Positions 54,952 through 64,000 of a stretch of DNA of 64,000 bases are shown here, in pieces. The DNA is from Rhynchopus sp. YZ270_cl-10 (lineage: Eukaryota). The DNA is taken from assembly GCA_964035575.1 (NCBI GenBank), contig OZ037834.1, positions 1,302,001 to 1,366,000 on the forward strand, read 5' to 3'. The notes below the pieces were generated by a model. The model ran no database searches and was not told where the DNA came from. It saw only the letters and a program-made list of their open reading frames with translations. The position numbers were made by a program, and so were the translations under genes. Position 1 is the first letter of the stretch. The number at the start of each line of letters is the position of its first letter.

Positions 54952-57790
54952 AGCTTCGCAACAATGTAGGGAGGGGCGGGTGCGGTCTGTGCACAAAGCA
55001 TGTGTGTCTGTGTTATTTTGTCTGCTTTCGTGGTGTCGCGGTTTACCTACATCACAACACCTTGATCAGGTGTCTGGCTCTGAGAGTCGAAGGGTTGGGA
55101 TAAGAAAATTTGGAGTCTCCACTGTCTTCCCTTTTATACTCATTGAAGAAAAGAAAAAAAAACCCACCGTCGCAACACGTGGCAAATGGGGAGGCACTTC
55201 CGTTTAACGGCAACCCACAAGAGGAGAACAACACCCTTAACTCTTGAAAAACAGACGCCAAGGGGTCTCTCTTCTTTCTTGTGTGCAGCAGACAAACATG
55301 ACAACGCTAGCCCCATTGACAAGGCAGAGTGGGGTCCCAAACGGTTCACTGGGGGGCGGGGGATCCGCGTAGGTAAAGAAAACAAAGAAAACAAAAAAAG
55401 TAGAATTAAAAAGTTGATTTGAAATACAAAGCCCTCTCGTGACAGTGTACCTTGGTACATGACCTAAAAATAAACAAACAAACAAAAAATTGGAGCAATA
55501 AAAAAAAGAAGAAGAAATGATGACAGTAAAAATAGTAACTCTGATAGGTAAGTAAAAGGGAAAAAAAGGTTTTTTCGTTGATTGCACAATTACCCTGTTG
55601 GAGGGGTGATTGGCGAACGTATCTGAGGAACTATTTCTCCTTTAAGCTACGCTTTAGGTATAAAAAAAAAACAAGCCTCAGCCTAACTCACGGGCCTCAG
55701 CCAAAATCATCGACCCGATTTTAAAACAAGTACCGTATTCGTACAAATTATCGACCGTAAGAAGGTTAAACTTCCAGAACAATCCTGAAAAGATTTTACA
55801 TTTTTACGATCGATAATTTGTACGAAAAAGGTAATTGCTATCGGAAAAAAACACGGGATGTCCTGTGGATGTGGGGAGGCTCGATAACCATTGGGTCCTA
55901 CTCATTGTCGTCAGAGAATACACAGACGAAAACTCGCCATCCATCACACCAGACTCATCACCACCCGTCAAAGTAGCAGGAAGCAGCAGGAAACTGCGGT
56001 GGTTTTGAAAATCGGGCGCGGGTTCCACAGCACACCCCGCTTTTTCCCCTGAGCAATTCGTTGTTTTTTGATGTTGTTGTTTCCACACACCTTCCTTCAA
56101 CCCCTGTGGGATCAGTTGGTTATTTTTTCTCGAAAACTTGAAATAATTTCAAGAGAACAAAAAAAGGGTCCTTATTTGCATTTTTGGGATCCTCCCGTGC
56201 AGTGGTGGGGTCGAAAATTGGACTCTTTTTTTGACCACTTAAATTTTGGAAAATATGAGCCCAGTCACTAATACTATACCTTACTTCACCTTCGGTTACC
56301 CTGCTAGGGGGGTGAAGGAAGGATGTGGAAAAATTCAGTTCAGGTTCGAAAGAGGTAATATCAACATTGCAGAAAGACATACATCACAGGGTACGCAAGA
56401 CGAAGAGGAGAAGAATAAAAATAAAGAAAAACTGGAGTGAACGTGCAAATGCCTCACCGTTCATCGGCGGACGCAGGCACTGGTTCTCCGCGTGTCACAC
56501 AAAAGAAATGAATACGTAAAGACGACTTTTTTCCAAATCGGAAAACTTCCTCCTCAACAAAGCGATAAAAGAAAAAACGATGTCAATATCAGACAAAACA
56601 ACGTGGTGTGAGGGTACGTCCCCTTTACTGTGAAACAGAGTTCTGTCCCGCGATCATGGCTGTGATCTTTTTTGTGAACTGCAGTACGGATGCGACAATG
56701 GCTACTAAGGGGGGATTTGTTTTGTAACAACACTGTCTCCGAAAAGGGGTTAGATAGACAAGCAGGATCGAAGGAAGCCATGGGGACATCCACCCCAAAT
56801 GTGACTCACAAAGGGGTGGTATCGCGGTAGAGAACACAGAAGGTGACACACCCACATCACTCGAAGGGTTGGGATAAGAAAGTGAAGTTGATAGTGCAAA
56901 CGCCTCTGGGACGCAGGCACTGACAAGAAATGATTTAGAGTCTCCACTGTCTTCCCTTGTATCATTGACGAATAAGAGAAGAAGAAACCCACCCCAAACA
57001 TCTTTCTATGAGAGAAAAAAAAATAGGTAAAACCTCTAGATCATGGGGAATTTGCTATAATACCCACGTTACTAATACCCACTTGCCATAATACCCAGTG
57101 GGTGTTATCGCAAGTGGGTATAACCTAGGTACCCAGACCCACGCAGTGGCACATGACCTGAATAATTAATACGTATTAATACGTGACGGTGATAATACGT
57201 GGCGTTTTGCTGGCAGCATCGTGATGGACACTGGCCTAAATTGAAAAGTGGAAACCTGAAAAACGTTGCCGTGATCAGCTGATATGCTGGTCGGTGTGTT
57301 CGCTTGCTATTTTCTTTTCTGGTAGTGAAAGTTTTTTTTCTCCTCTTTGTTTTGATTTTGTTGTGTCGACAATCACCTAAGGACCCGCTTGGGGAACCTA
57401 GGGTCTGTACTCAATGTTGGCCGAAGCCTTTGTACTACGGAAGGACAAGACGTCAGTCGTCCTGAACCCTTATGAGCAACTTTTATGAAGACCCCTTTTA
57501 CCAGGACAAGCTTCTCGCGAGTGTGTACCACTCCGGCACTGCTTTCCTGTTGCAAAGGGGTTGTTTGTAGGTTACGGTTTTTGAGGCCGCCCTAGTGGTA
57601 AAAGATGAAATGTGGTGGAGGGGAAGAACGCGTGAGTAGGGGTACAGCCGTACAGCCCGCACACCTCCCCCCAAGGTGTGGCAGAGTCCATGGACTCTGG
57701 TCTGATAGCCCAGCTTTTTTTTTTTAGATAGGTCACCTCAACCAAGCTGCCCAGAGTGATTCTGGGAATACCATACCAGCCTCAGTCATC

Positions 57791-60688
57791 TTAGTCAGCT
57801 GTTGACCACAAGGAGGTTTCGGGTTGGGACATGTGGAGAAGCTCTGTTCCGTCGTCCACAGTCGAGTCACCGACACAGGTGGGGGTGGGGCCGAGGTCGT
57901 GGACGAGGTTCTTTGCTTCCACGTCACCGTCGCTGTCAGCACCACCATCACCCCTGCCTGCCTGCGTGCAGTACTTAAAGGCAACAATCACTGCACAGGC
58001 CGCAAGCACCGCCAACCCCACCACCAGATGCACGACCGAGAGCGGCGCTTGTTCTGTGGTCCAATCCTCCGAAGGGGGCCTCTGCGTGGGCTTCGAGGTG
58101 CTTGGTGTTGCTGTGGTGGCGGGTGCAGAGGAAGCCGTGGCCAGTGTACAAACCCTGATGTCATCCACCTGAAGAACAAAGGCCGTGTCACCAGCAGCAC
58201 GGAGCTGCAGCTCTGTGTACGTCGCGTCTGCGGTGAACGTGAAGGATGTCTCGGTGGCGTTGTTCTGTGGTGGTGTCTCTGTGTACACTGTCTGCTGTGC
58301 GGTGTCTGTGCCCAGAAGTGCGACGGAGAGTGTTCCGTAGCCAGCCTCAGGCTGCACCCACAGCGTCACCTGATAAGTTGCCCCAGCCACAAACCCTGCA
58401 TCTGCTGCAACAGCATCGTTATCAGCCAGCAGCACCCCGCACTCGCCGTGGATGCCCGGTGTCGTGACCGTGGGTGTGCCGCTCGTGTTCCTCCACGCAT
58501 CGACGTCCGCAAAGCCCATCACCACGCTTCTCCCAGACACAAGGTGCTCGAAGCTGGGGTTGGCGAGAACAGGCCCCACCGTACACGTCGGGGGCGCTGA
58601 GGTGGGCGGTGAGTCTGTGACAGGAGCCTGTGTGTCGGGTGTTTCTGTTTCGGGTGCATCAGTGCGATTTAGATCAGTGGTAGGTGTGCTGGTGGTGGCT
58701 GCATCAGTGGTGGGTGGAAGGGTTTCAGGTGCTTCAGGTGCATCAGTGGCCAGTACAGGTTCATTGGTGGTAGGTAGGGTGATGTTGGCTGCATCGGTGG
58801 CGGGTGTGTTGGTGTTGGGTGGTGCATCGGTGGCCGGTGCATCAGTAAGTGGTGCATCCGTGGTAGGTAGGGTGGTGTTGGCTGCATCAGTGGTGGGTGT
58901 GCTGGTGGCAGGTGGACTGGTTTTGGGTGCATCAGTGGTGGGTGGAAGGGTTTCAGGTGCTTTGGTGACAGGTGGCTTTGTCTGCGGTGGATCTGTTACA
59001 GGTGTGGCTGTGGGTACAACGGATGGCGGTGACGCTGTCATTGGCGGCATGGTGTCTGAATCCAGGCAGACCATAATAGTGTCAATACGCACTTCTGCTT
59101 GTGTCTGCATGTCTGTATCCGTCCAGAACGGGTAGATCCACAGCTGTGAGTAGTCTGCGTCTGCAGTGAAGCTGAAGCCTATTTGCACAGCGTCGGGGAA
59201 CATCAGTTTGCTGGTAAACACTGTTTGCTCACTCGTGACTACCGGTGGAGCTGTACCCCCGTACGTGACGTCGTTCGCAATCTTCACGTAGAAATCACCT
59301 TCGTGCACCGGAGCCTGTATCATCAGGGTGGCCCGGTAGCGCACCTTTGCAGAGAACTGTGCCTTTGCAACCACACCCTCGCCTTTGCTGGAGTAGGACC
59401 ACATAAAGATGGAACGGTCCAGCAGCGTCACGTTCTCACCCAACCCAGCGGACGCAGAAGGCGTCCCATGTGAGGCCTGCCACCCAGTGAAGTTCCCTGC
59501 GCACATTGCACCGACCCCGCCGTCCCCGTACACCAAGCGTCCATCTTCTATCAGAAAATCTGGGTTCTGCAGAAGCGAGGAGGTGCACTGGTCAGCTTCT
59601 GGCACAAGTGTGCTTGGCGCAAGTGTGTCAGGCTGTGCTGAGGGCGGTGACACAGCGTACGCTTCCACAGTCGTCTTCGCAGCACCCACAATGACGCAGT
59701 AGAACACACCCATATCCTCAAGCAACGCAGTCAAGTCTCCACTCAGCACAACTGCAGACTGCATTGACGGCGCCACACTCTGTGATATGTGAAGGAGAGT
59801 AAGCGGCACACGCAACAGACCCTGAGTCCTTCCTGAGAGGTACACGAATTCCCCAACCACATCAATGCTGAACAGCCTAGTCAATGCCATCAAGTCAGCC
59901 GCGTACTGAAACTCCCCAAACCCACTGAACTGCATACTGAACACATTGATGTAGGCCCATTTGTGGTACGCCGCACACAGAAGCTGGTCACCAGCAAACG
60001 CTATCCATGGCTCTGTGTCGCGCCCGACAGCCTCCTCCAGCACCGAGTGCACTGACCCACTTGCCACGTTCACTGCCACCACTGCACCCCAAGTTGTACT
60101 CAAAGAACGCCCCCCGAAGTAGACGAGCCCGTTGCGTTCTATGCCTGGCTCGCGTGAACGTACTGCGAAGTTGTCTGTGGTGAAGGAGACGAACAGGGAT
60201 GGCCAGATGCGCGCAGTGAGGGGGCTTACCGCGAGCAGGTACGTTGAGATGATGGAGGGAGAGAGACAACGAAAGGACACGGCCTCATATGTTTCGCACT
60301 CGGCGACCACGAGCACTTGCCCTACCACGCTGAGAGAGCTGACGTTACGAGACAGCTCCATCATGCGTGGCGCTTGGAGACTGCCGTCGGTGGTGTTCAA
60401 TGGGTGAATCCGTATCCCATACTGCGAGTTCGCAGGCGAGACAACAAGGTACTGCGTGTCGTCGTCCACCACCACATGCGCCATGGCAAAGATCCCCGCA
60501 CCCGTCGCTGTTGTCGCAATCACAGGCGGCACCTCGCCCAGGTCTGCCTGCACAACATCACCCGAGGCAGTGCCGAGGTACAGCACGCCCTTGATAGCAA
60601 CCATCGCTGTCGGCGTAACATCAAGACTACCCACAGACCACACGTCAAACGCACCCAGCATGCACACTGCGAGTACAGGGGTCAGCAT
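57791..60688 (-). CDS. Surface protein array copy 5 (965 aa)
   Basis: Paralog with the most divergent N-domain patches (PSLFVSF, FSGFGEFQYAADLMA, LTLLHISQ) and a long TDAP stalk. Confidence 0.9.
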   Translation of the reverse strand: MLTPVLAVCMLGAFDVWSVGSLDVTPTAMVAIKGVLYLGTASGDVVQADLGEVPPVIATTATGAGIFAMAHVVVDDDTQYLVVSPANSQYGIRIHPLNTTDGSLQAPRMMELSRNVSSLSVVGQVLVVAECETYEAVSFRCLSPSIISTYLLAVSPLTARIWPSLFVSFTTDNFAVRSREPGIERNGLVYFGGRSLSTTWGAVVAVNVASGSVHSVLEEAVGRDTEPWIAFAGDQLLCAAYHKWAYINVFSMQFSGFGEFQYAADLMALTRLFSIDVVGEFVYLSGRTQGLLRVPLTLLHISQSVAPSMQSAVVLSGDLTALLEDMGVFYCVIVGAAKTTVEAYAVSPPSAQPDTLAPSTLVPEADQCTSSLLQNPDFLIEDGRLVYGDGGVGAMCAGNFTGWQASHGTPSASAGLGENVTLLDRSIFMWSYSSKGEGVVAKAQFSAKVRYRATLMIQAPVHEGDFYVKIANDVTYGGTAPPVVTSEQTVFTSKLMFPDAVQIGFSFTADADYSQLWIYPFWTDTDMQTQAEVRIDTIMVCLDSDTMPPMTASPPSVVPTATPVTDPPQTKPPVTKAPETLPPTTDAPKTSPPATSTPTTDAANTTLPTTDAPLTDAPATDAPPNTNTPATDAANITLPTTNEPVLATDAPEAPETLPPTTDAATTSTPTTDLNRTDAPETETPDTQAPVTDSPPTSAPPTCTVGPVLANPSFEHLVSGRSVVMGFADVDAWRNTSGTPTVTTPGIHGECGVLLADNDAVAADAGFVAGATYQVTLWVQPEAGYGTLSVALLGTDTAQQTVYTETPPQNNATETSFTFTADATYTELQLRAAGDTAFVLQVDDIRVCTLATASSAPATTATPSTSKPTQRPPSEDWTTEQAPLSVVHLVVGLAVLAACAVIVAFKYCTQAGRGDGGADSDGDVEAKNLVHDLGPTPTCVGDSTVDDGTELLHMSQPETSLWSTAD

Positions 60689-60969
60689 AGCTTCGCAACA
60701 ATAGATTCAAACAAGAAAAAAATGCGAACCTTCACAAAAACGCAGTCCCCCGCTTCACTACACAGAGGAAGTGGTGGGTGTGTTCTGTGCACAAAGCATG
60801 TGTATCTGTGGTAGGTCTGCTTTCGTGTAATGTCAAGGAGGGTTCAAAAGAACAGAAAAACAATCTAAACAATAGCTAATGTGAAACTCCGTGGCCCTCT
60901 GCTGCATTGCCTAGCAAAAGAAAGTCTCACTTGCTGGGTGGTATCAAAAAATATGATTTTCTTAGTTTA

Positions 60970-61017
60970 AAAACTTGGTTGTATTAGTGTAGCCACCCTA
61001 GAGTGTGCTCCACTATT
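60970..61017 (-). repeat. Dispersed stem-loop family B (representative copy)
   Basis: aaaacttggttgtattagtgtagccaccctagagtgtgctccactatt; related copies near 1966, 19073 and 61275, and a second subfamily tagtgtagttgcctcgggttgtgttgc near 11030, 12085, 21332 and 32351. Confidence 0.75.
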
Positions 61018-61429
61018 AGTTTATTTTAGACAAAGGCTTTTTTTCGGCAGAATTCGGCAGGGATTCGGGATACAGCAGAATTAAAGAGCTGAAGGTGTCG
61101 TTCAGAGTTTTGGAGAACACAAAAGAGTCAGAAATATGCTGCAGATTACTACGTCAGTTGAGATGTTCCTCCAGGGGAGAGGTTCTTCGCCAAGCAGTTC
61201 TTTGAGCACGTCGCAAAGTGTGAGGTACAACAATAGTAATTGCCCCCTTCTTTTATTTTGAAAACTTGGTTGTTTTAGTGTAGACACCCGAAGATGAACT
61301 CCACTATTTTTTTTTACGTCTCAGCGCACACCCATCAGGGCGTGAACACTCCTTTTGCAGAAAGCAAAAAAAAATTGCTACAATGTGGCTTCCCTTAAGA
61401 ATACATTTACTAATCGCGACAAAAAAAAC

Positions 61430-61467
<38 letters not shown>

Positions 61468-61664
61468 CCTCTGCGTCGTCGGGAGGGGGGAAATGCTGTC
61501 CTGTTCATGGTGAAGGGTGCCTTCTTCACCCCCTGCTGCGGAGGGTGTTGCGGGCGGCGGAGTTGCTGGGCAACTTTGCTGCGTTCGACTCAACGAATTT
61601 AGCGATCTGTGCATAAAAAAAAATAGATTCATCAAAAGAAAAAAAAAAAGGAAAGAAAGAAAGT

Positions 61665-61720
61665 TGGTGTGGTGAAGGGAGGTGCTATTTTCTGCCATTT
61701 TGGAGTCGTCGGCCACACCA
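61665..61720. mobile_element. 56-bp TGG...CCA mini-element with 5-bp TSD (aaagt)
   Basis: Termini tggtgtgg/ccacacca; aaagt at 61660-61664 and 61721-61725; body matches the element at 847-1002. Confidence 0.75.
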
Positions 61721-62009
61721 AAAGTGAGAAAAAAGGTTTTGGTAAAACTCAACTCTTTGGAGTGTCGCCAACTGATCTTGATTACTCGACTAGAAAAAGG
61801 AGGGAAGATTATTTTCGTTGAACGCAGCCAAAAACAGTGTATGAGATCTGAATTTTGAAATAGTCGGTATCAGGCGATTAAACGTTGGCTTTATTATTCG
61901 AGTTTCTAATAACACTACGTGTAAGGGAAAAATTCCGCCGGAGGCCCCCAACTTTAGCGGGTTGGGGACCCGAGTTTTGACCGAGGTTTCAGCGAAAGCC
62001 CCTGTATAA

Positions 62010-63620
62010 TTAATACCCTCTATCAAAAAAAACAACAACACCTATAGTCTTATCATGGAATACCTTTGCATCGCTCTCTGCTGTCAACTGGTCTAGCAGC
62101 TCTGTTTCGTGCACGGCCTTGAGCGCGTTGCACACAGAATCGAAATGACGCCTTGTGAACACAATCTGCAGGCGTTTAAGCTCCTCAACAATCTCAAGAA
62201 TGGGCTCAGGCTTTTTAAAGCTACTGATCGTTTGCAGAAGGTTGTTCACAAGCCTGGGCTGAAGCTCTTCTAAGCGGTCACCACTGTGGTGAAAGAAACT
62301 CCTGTCGTCGAGTTTCTCTCGAGGAAACTTACGGTGCAGCCGATGGGAGATGAGGCCCTTTGTGATCTTCTCCCAGATGCCTACGATCAATCTGTAAAAT
62401 GAATCGTTTGGGTTTCTTGCAGAGGCTCCCGCCGTCGTAAGCAAAACTGAATACGTAAACGAATTTGGCACGACCTGCGCCTTGCGCATTCTTCTGTATG
62501 CCATCTTCATTCCTACTACATCATCGGCCCTCCGGTATACCCCCAGCACCGCAGTGTGGACAAAGACATTAGGTCTAATCCCTGCATCAATCATTTCAGC
62601 AAAGAGGTCCTCTGCGATTTCTGTGTCCTCCCGCTGCTCGCCCAACCCTTTCAGCATTGCGGTATAGGTTACCGCCGTCGCTTTGAGGCCCTGCGTTTTC
62701 ATATCAGAAAAGGCGTCGATAGCGTCGGTAACGTTCCCCGTAGAGGATAGTGCGTTGATGTAGTTTGTGTACATCTGCAAGGTCGGCTGCATTTCCCATT
62801 TTGTGACAACGACCTCCCAAAGTTCGCGCGCTTCTTTCTCAGATTTTTGATACGCTGCGCCACGGAGCAGAAATGCACCGCATCGCATAACCATCATCTC
62901 CTTTGCCTCCTGTGGAATGCTTCCCGCCCGAAGAGAATCAGACTCTTTAAACAATGTCACCAAGCTCTCAAACAACTCCCATGCCCTCGATGTATTCAAA
63001 TTAGCGTTTCTTTCGGTGTATCCCTTAATCATCGCTACATACACCTGAGGAAGCGGGACCATCGCACTGTACGCCCCTTGACCCAGCTTTGCAATAAGTT
63101 TTTCAGCTGACACCATTTTCCCTGCCGCGCAATGACATGCAACCATCGCAGAAAAGCTGTTTGCGCCAAGATGATGACGGTTTTTTATCCCATGAATATA
63201 CAATGACTGTGCTTTGTTCGCTTCTATAAGCTTTTCTTTGGTGGAGCCCTGCATTTTAATTCTGCTTTTGCAGTGAATCAGCAGAATAGAAAAGGCAGCG
63301 TCTACGAGACGCACGGTTTTCTCCAACTCCTCAAGGATTTCTTGTGGATGGGGTGCGTTTTTCGCCGCGCAAAGCAGCTTCAACGTGGTAGGCCCCGATG
63401 CTTTCTTCGCCTGAGGCAGAAGCTCGGCATACTCTGGATCCGGCGAGACCATACCCCATCCTTCCTTGGGGTCGTCATACAACGCGCTCACCTTCTCCCC
63501 CTTCTTATGCTCAACCACTTTCTCCGTTTTTATGTCAAATGCTTCCACAGCGCCCCAATCAATTTGTTCTGTCTTCTTCGGTGTGTGTGTAAACAACCTT
63601 TTGCACACAAAGCGTTTCAT
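62010..63620 (-). CDS. Pentatricopeptide-repeat protein, probably mitochondrial (~536 aa)
   Basis: Start MKRFVCKRLF resembles a presequence; tandem ~35-aa PPR motifs (MYTNYINALSSTGNVTDAIDAFSDMKTQGLKAT, VTYTAMLKGLG..AEDLFAEMIDAGIRPN, VVPNSFTYSVLL). Confidence 0.92.
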   Translation of the reverse strand: MKRFVCKRLFTHTPKKTEQIDWGAVEAFDIKTEKVVEHKKGEKVSALYDDPKEGWGMVSPDPEYAELLPQAKKASGPTTLKLLCAAKNAPHPQEILEELEKTVRLVDAAFSILLIHCKSRIKMQGSTKEKLIEANKAQSLYIHGIKNRHHLGANSFSAMVACHCAAGKMVSAEKLIAKLGQGAYSAMVPLPQVYVAMIKGYTERNANLNTSRAWELFESLVTLFKESDSLRAGSIPQEAKEMMVMRCGAFLLRGAAYQKSEKEARELWEVVVTKWEMQPTLQMYTNYINALSSTGNVTDAIDAFSDMKTQGLKATAVTYTAMLKGLGEQREDTEIAEDLFAEMIDAGIRPNVFVHTAVLGVYRRADDVVGMKMAYRRMRKAQVVPNSFTYSVLLTTAGASARNPNDSFYRLIVGIWEKITKGLISHRLHRKFPREKLDDRSFFHHSGDRLEELQPRLVNNLLQTISSFKKPEPILEIVEELKRLQIVFTRRHFDSVCNALKAVHETELLDQLTAESDAKVFHDKTIGVVVFFDRGY

Positions 63621-64000
63621 TGTGAGCAGTGGGGTAGGATAGGGTAGGGTGTGGTGTGGGGTTTCTGGGAAGTGGTTTTTGGGGGGGGTGGGGGGGAGGG
63701 GGGGAGGGGGAAAGTGGTTGGAGAAGAGAGACGTTTTTGGAGGAAAAAAAAAAAAGAAATGGAAATCATGTAAAATTTCCGTAGAAACAAAAGGGGAGGA
63801 AAAGGCGGGAGGGGTGCGTTCTTTGTATGTCATAGCGCCCTAGCTTTCCCCCATACCCCACAGACGATACTAGAATAAACGGGGTTCACTTCAGCGGCGA
63901 ACATAATTTTTTTTTTTTGTACCCACTGTCGGCCGAAAAAGCTTACTGCAAAAGGTATAGACTGCAGGTGGTCCTCCTTAGGAGTAACTCATTTTTGCTT

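Noticed and set aside
61080..61610. Possible extra 3' exons of the PPR gene
   Set aside because: The candidate donor GTGTTG does not match the G|GTAT consensus and the join gives an almost immediate stop.

Overview
Eukaryotic nuclear DNA, most consistent with a euglenozoan (diplonemid-like) genome; this assignment is inference. Every credible gene lies on the minus strand in one unidirectional cluster, several starts are preceded by a pyrimidine tract plus AG (possible trans-splice acceptors), and the cis-introns are GT-AG with G|GTAT donors. Genes, left to right: a small Pro-rich membrane protein, a ~1505-aa G8/beta-helix (CEMIP/TMEM2-like) surface protein, a two-exon Sec61-gamma missed by the ORF track, a coiled-coil protein, a WW-domain protein, a five-exon ubiquitin E1 (UBA1), an FkbM methyltransferase, a four-exon CLK/LAMMER-like kinase, a PPR-like protein, a tandem array of five mosaic type-I surface proteins (propeller-like domain, Cys-bracketed beta-sandwich modules, Thr/Pro stalk) and a second PPR protein. 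The non-coding DNA is rich in mobile elements. It holds a head-to-tail dimer of a decayed tyrosine-recombinase (Crypton-like) element, hAT-like MITEs with CAGG ends (two with perfect 8-bp TSDs), four TGG...CCA mini-elements with 5-bp TSDs, and six short dispersed repeat families each seen in only one orientation. One of these families is a covarying hairpin found repeatedly downstream of stop codons. All calls were made by eye; no database searches were run.
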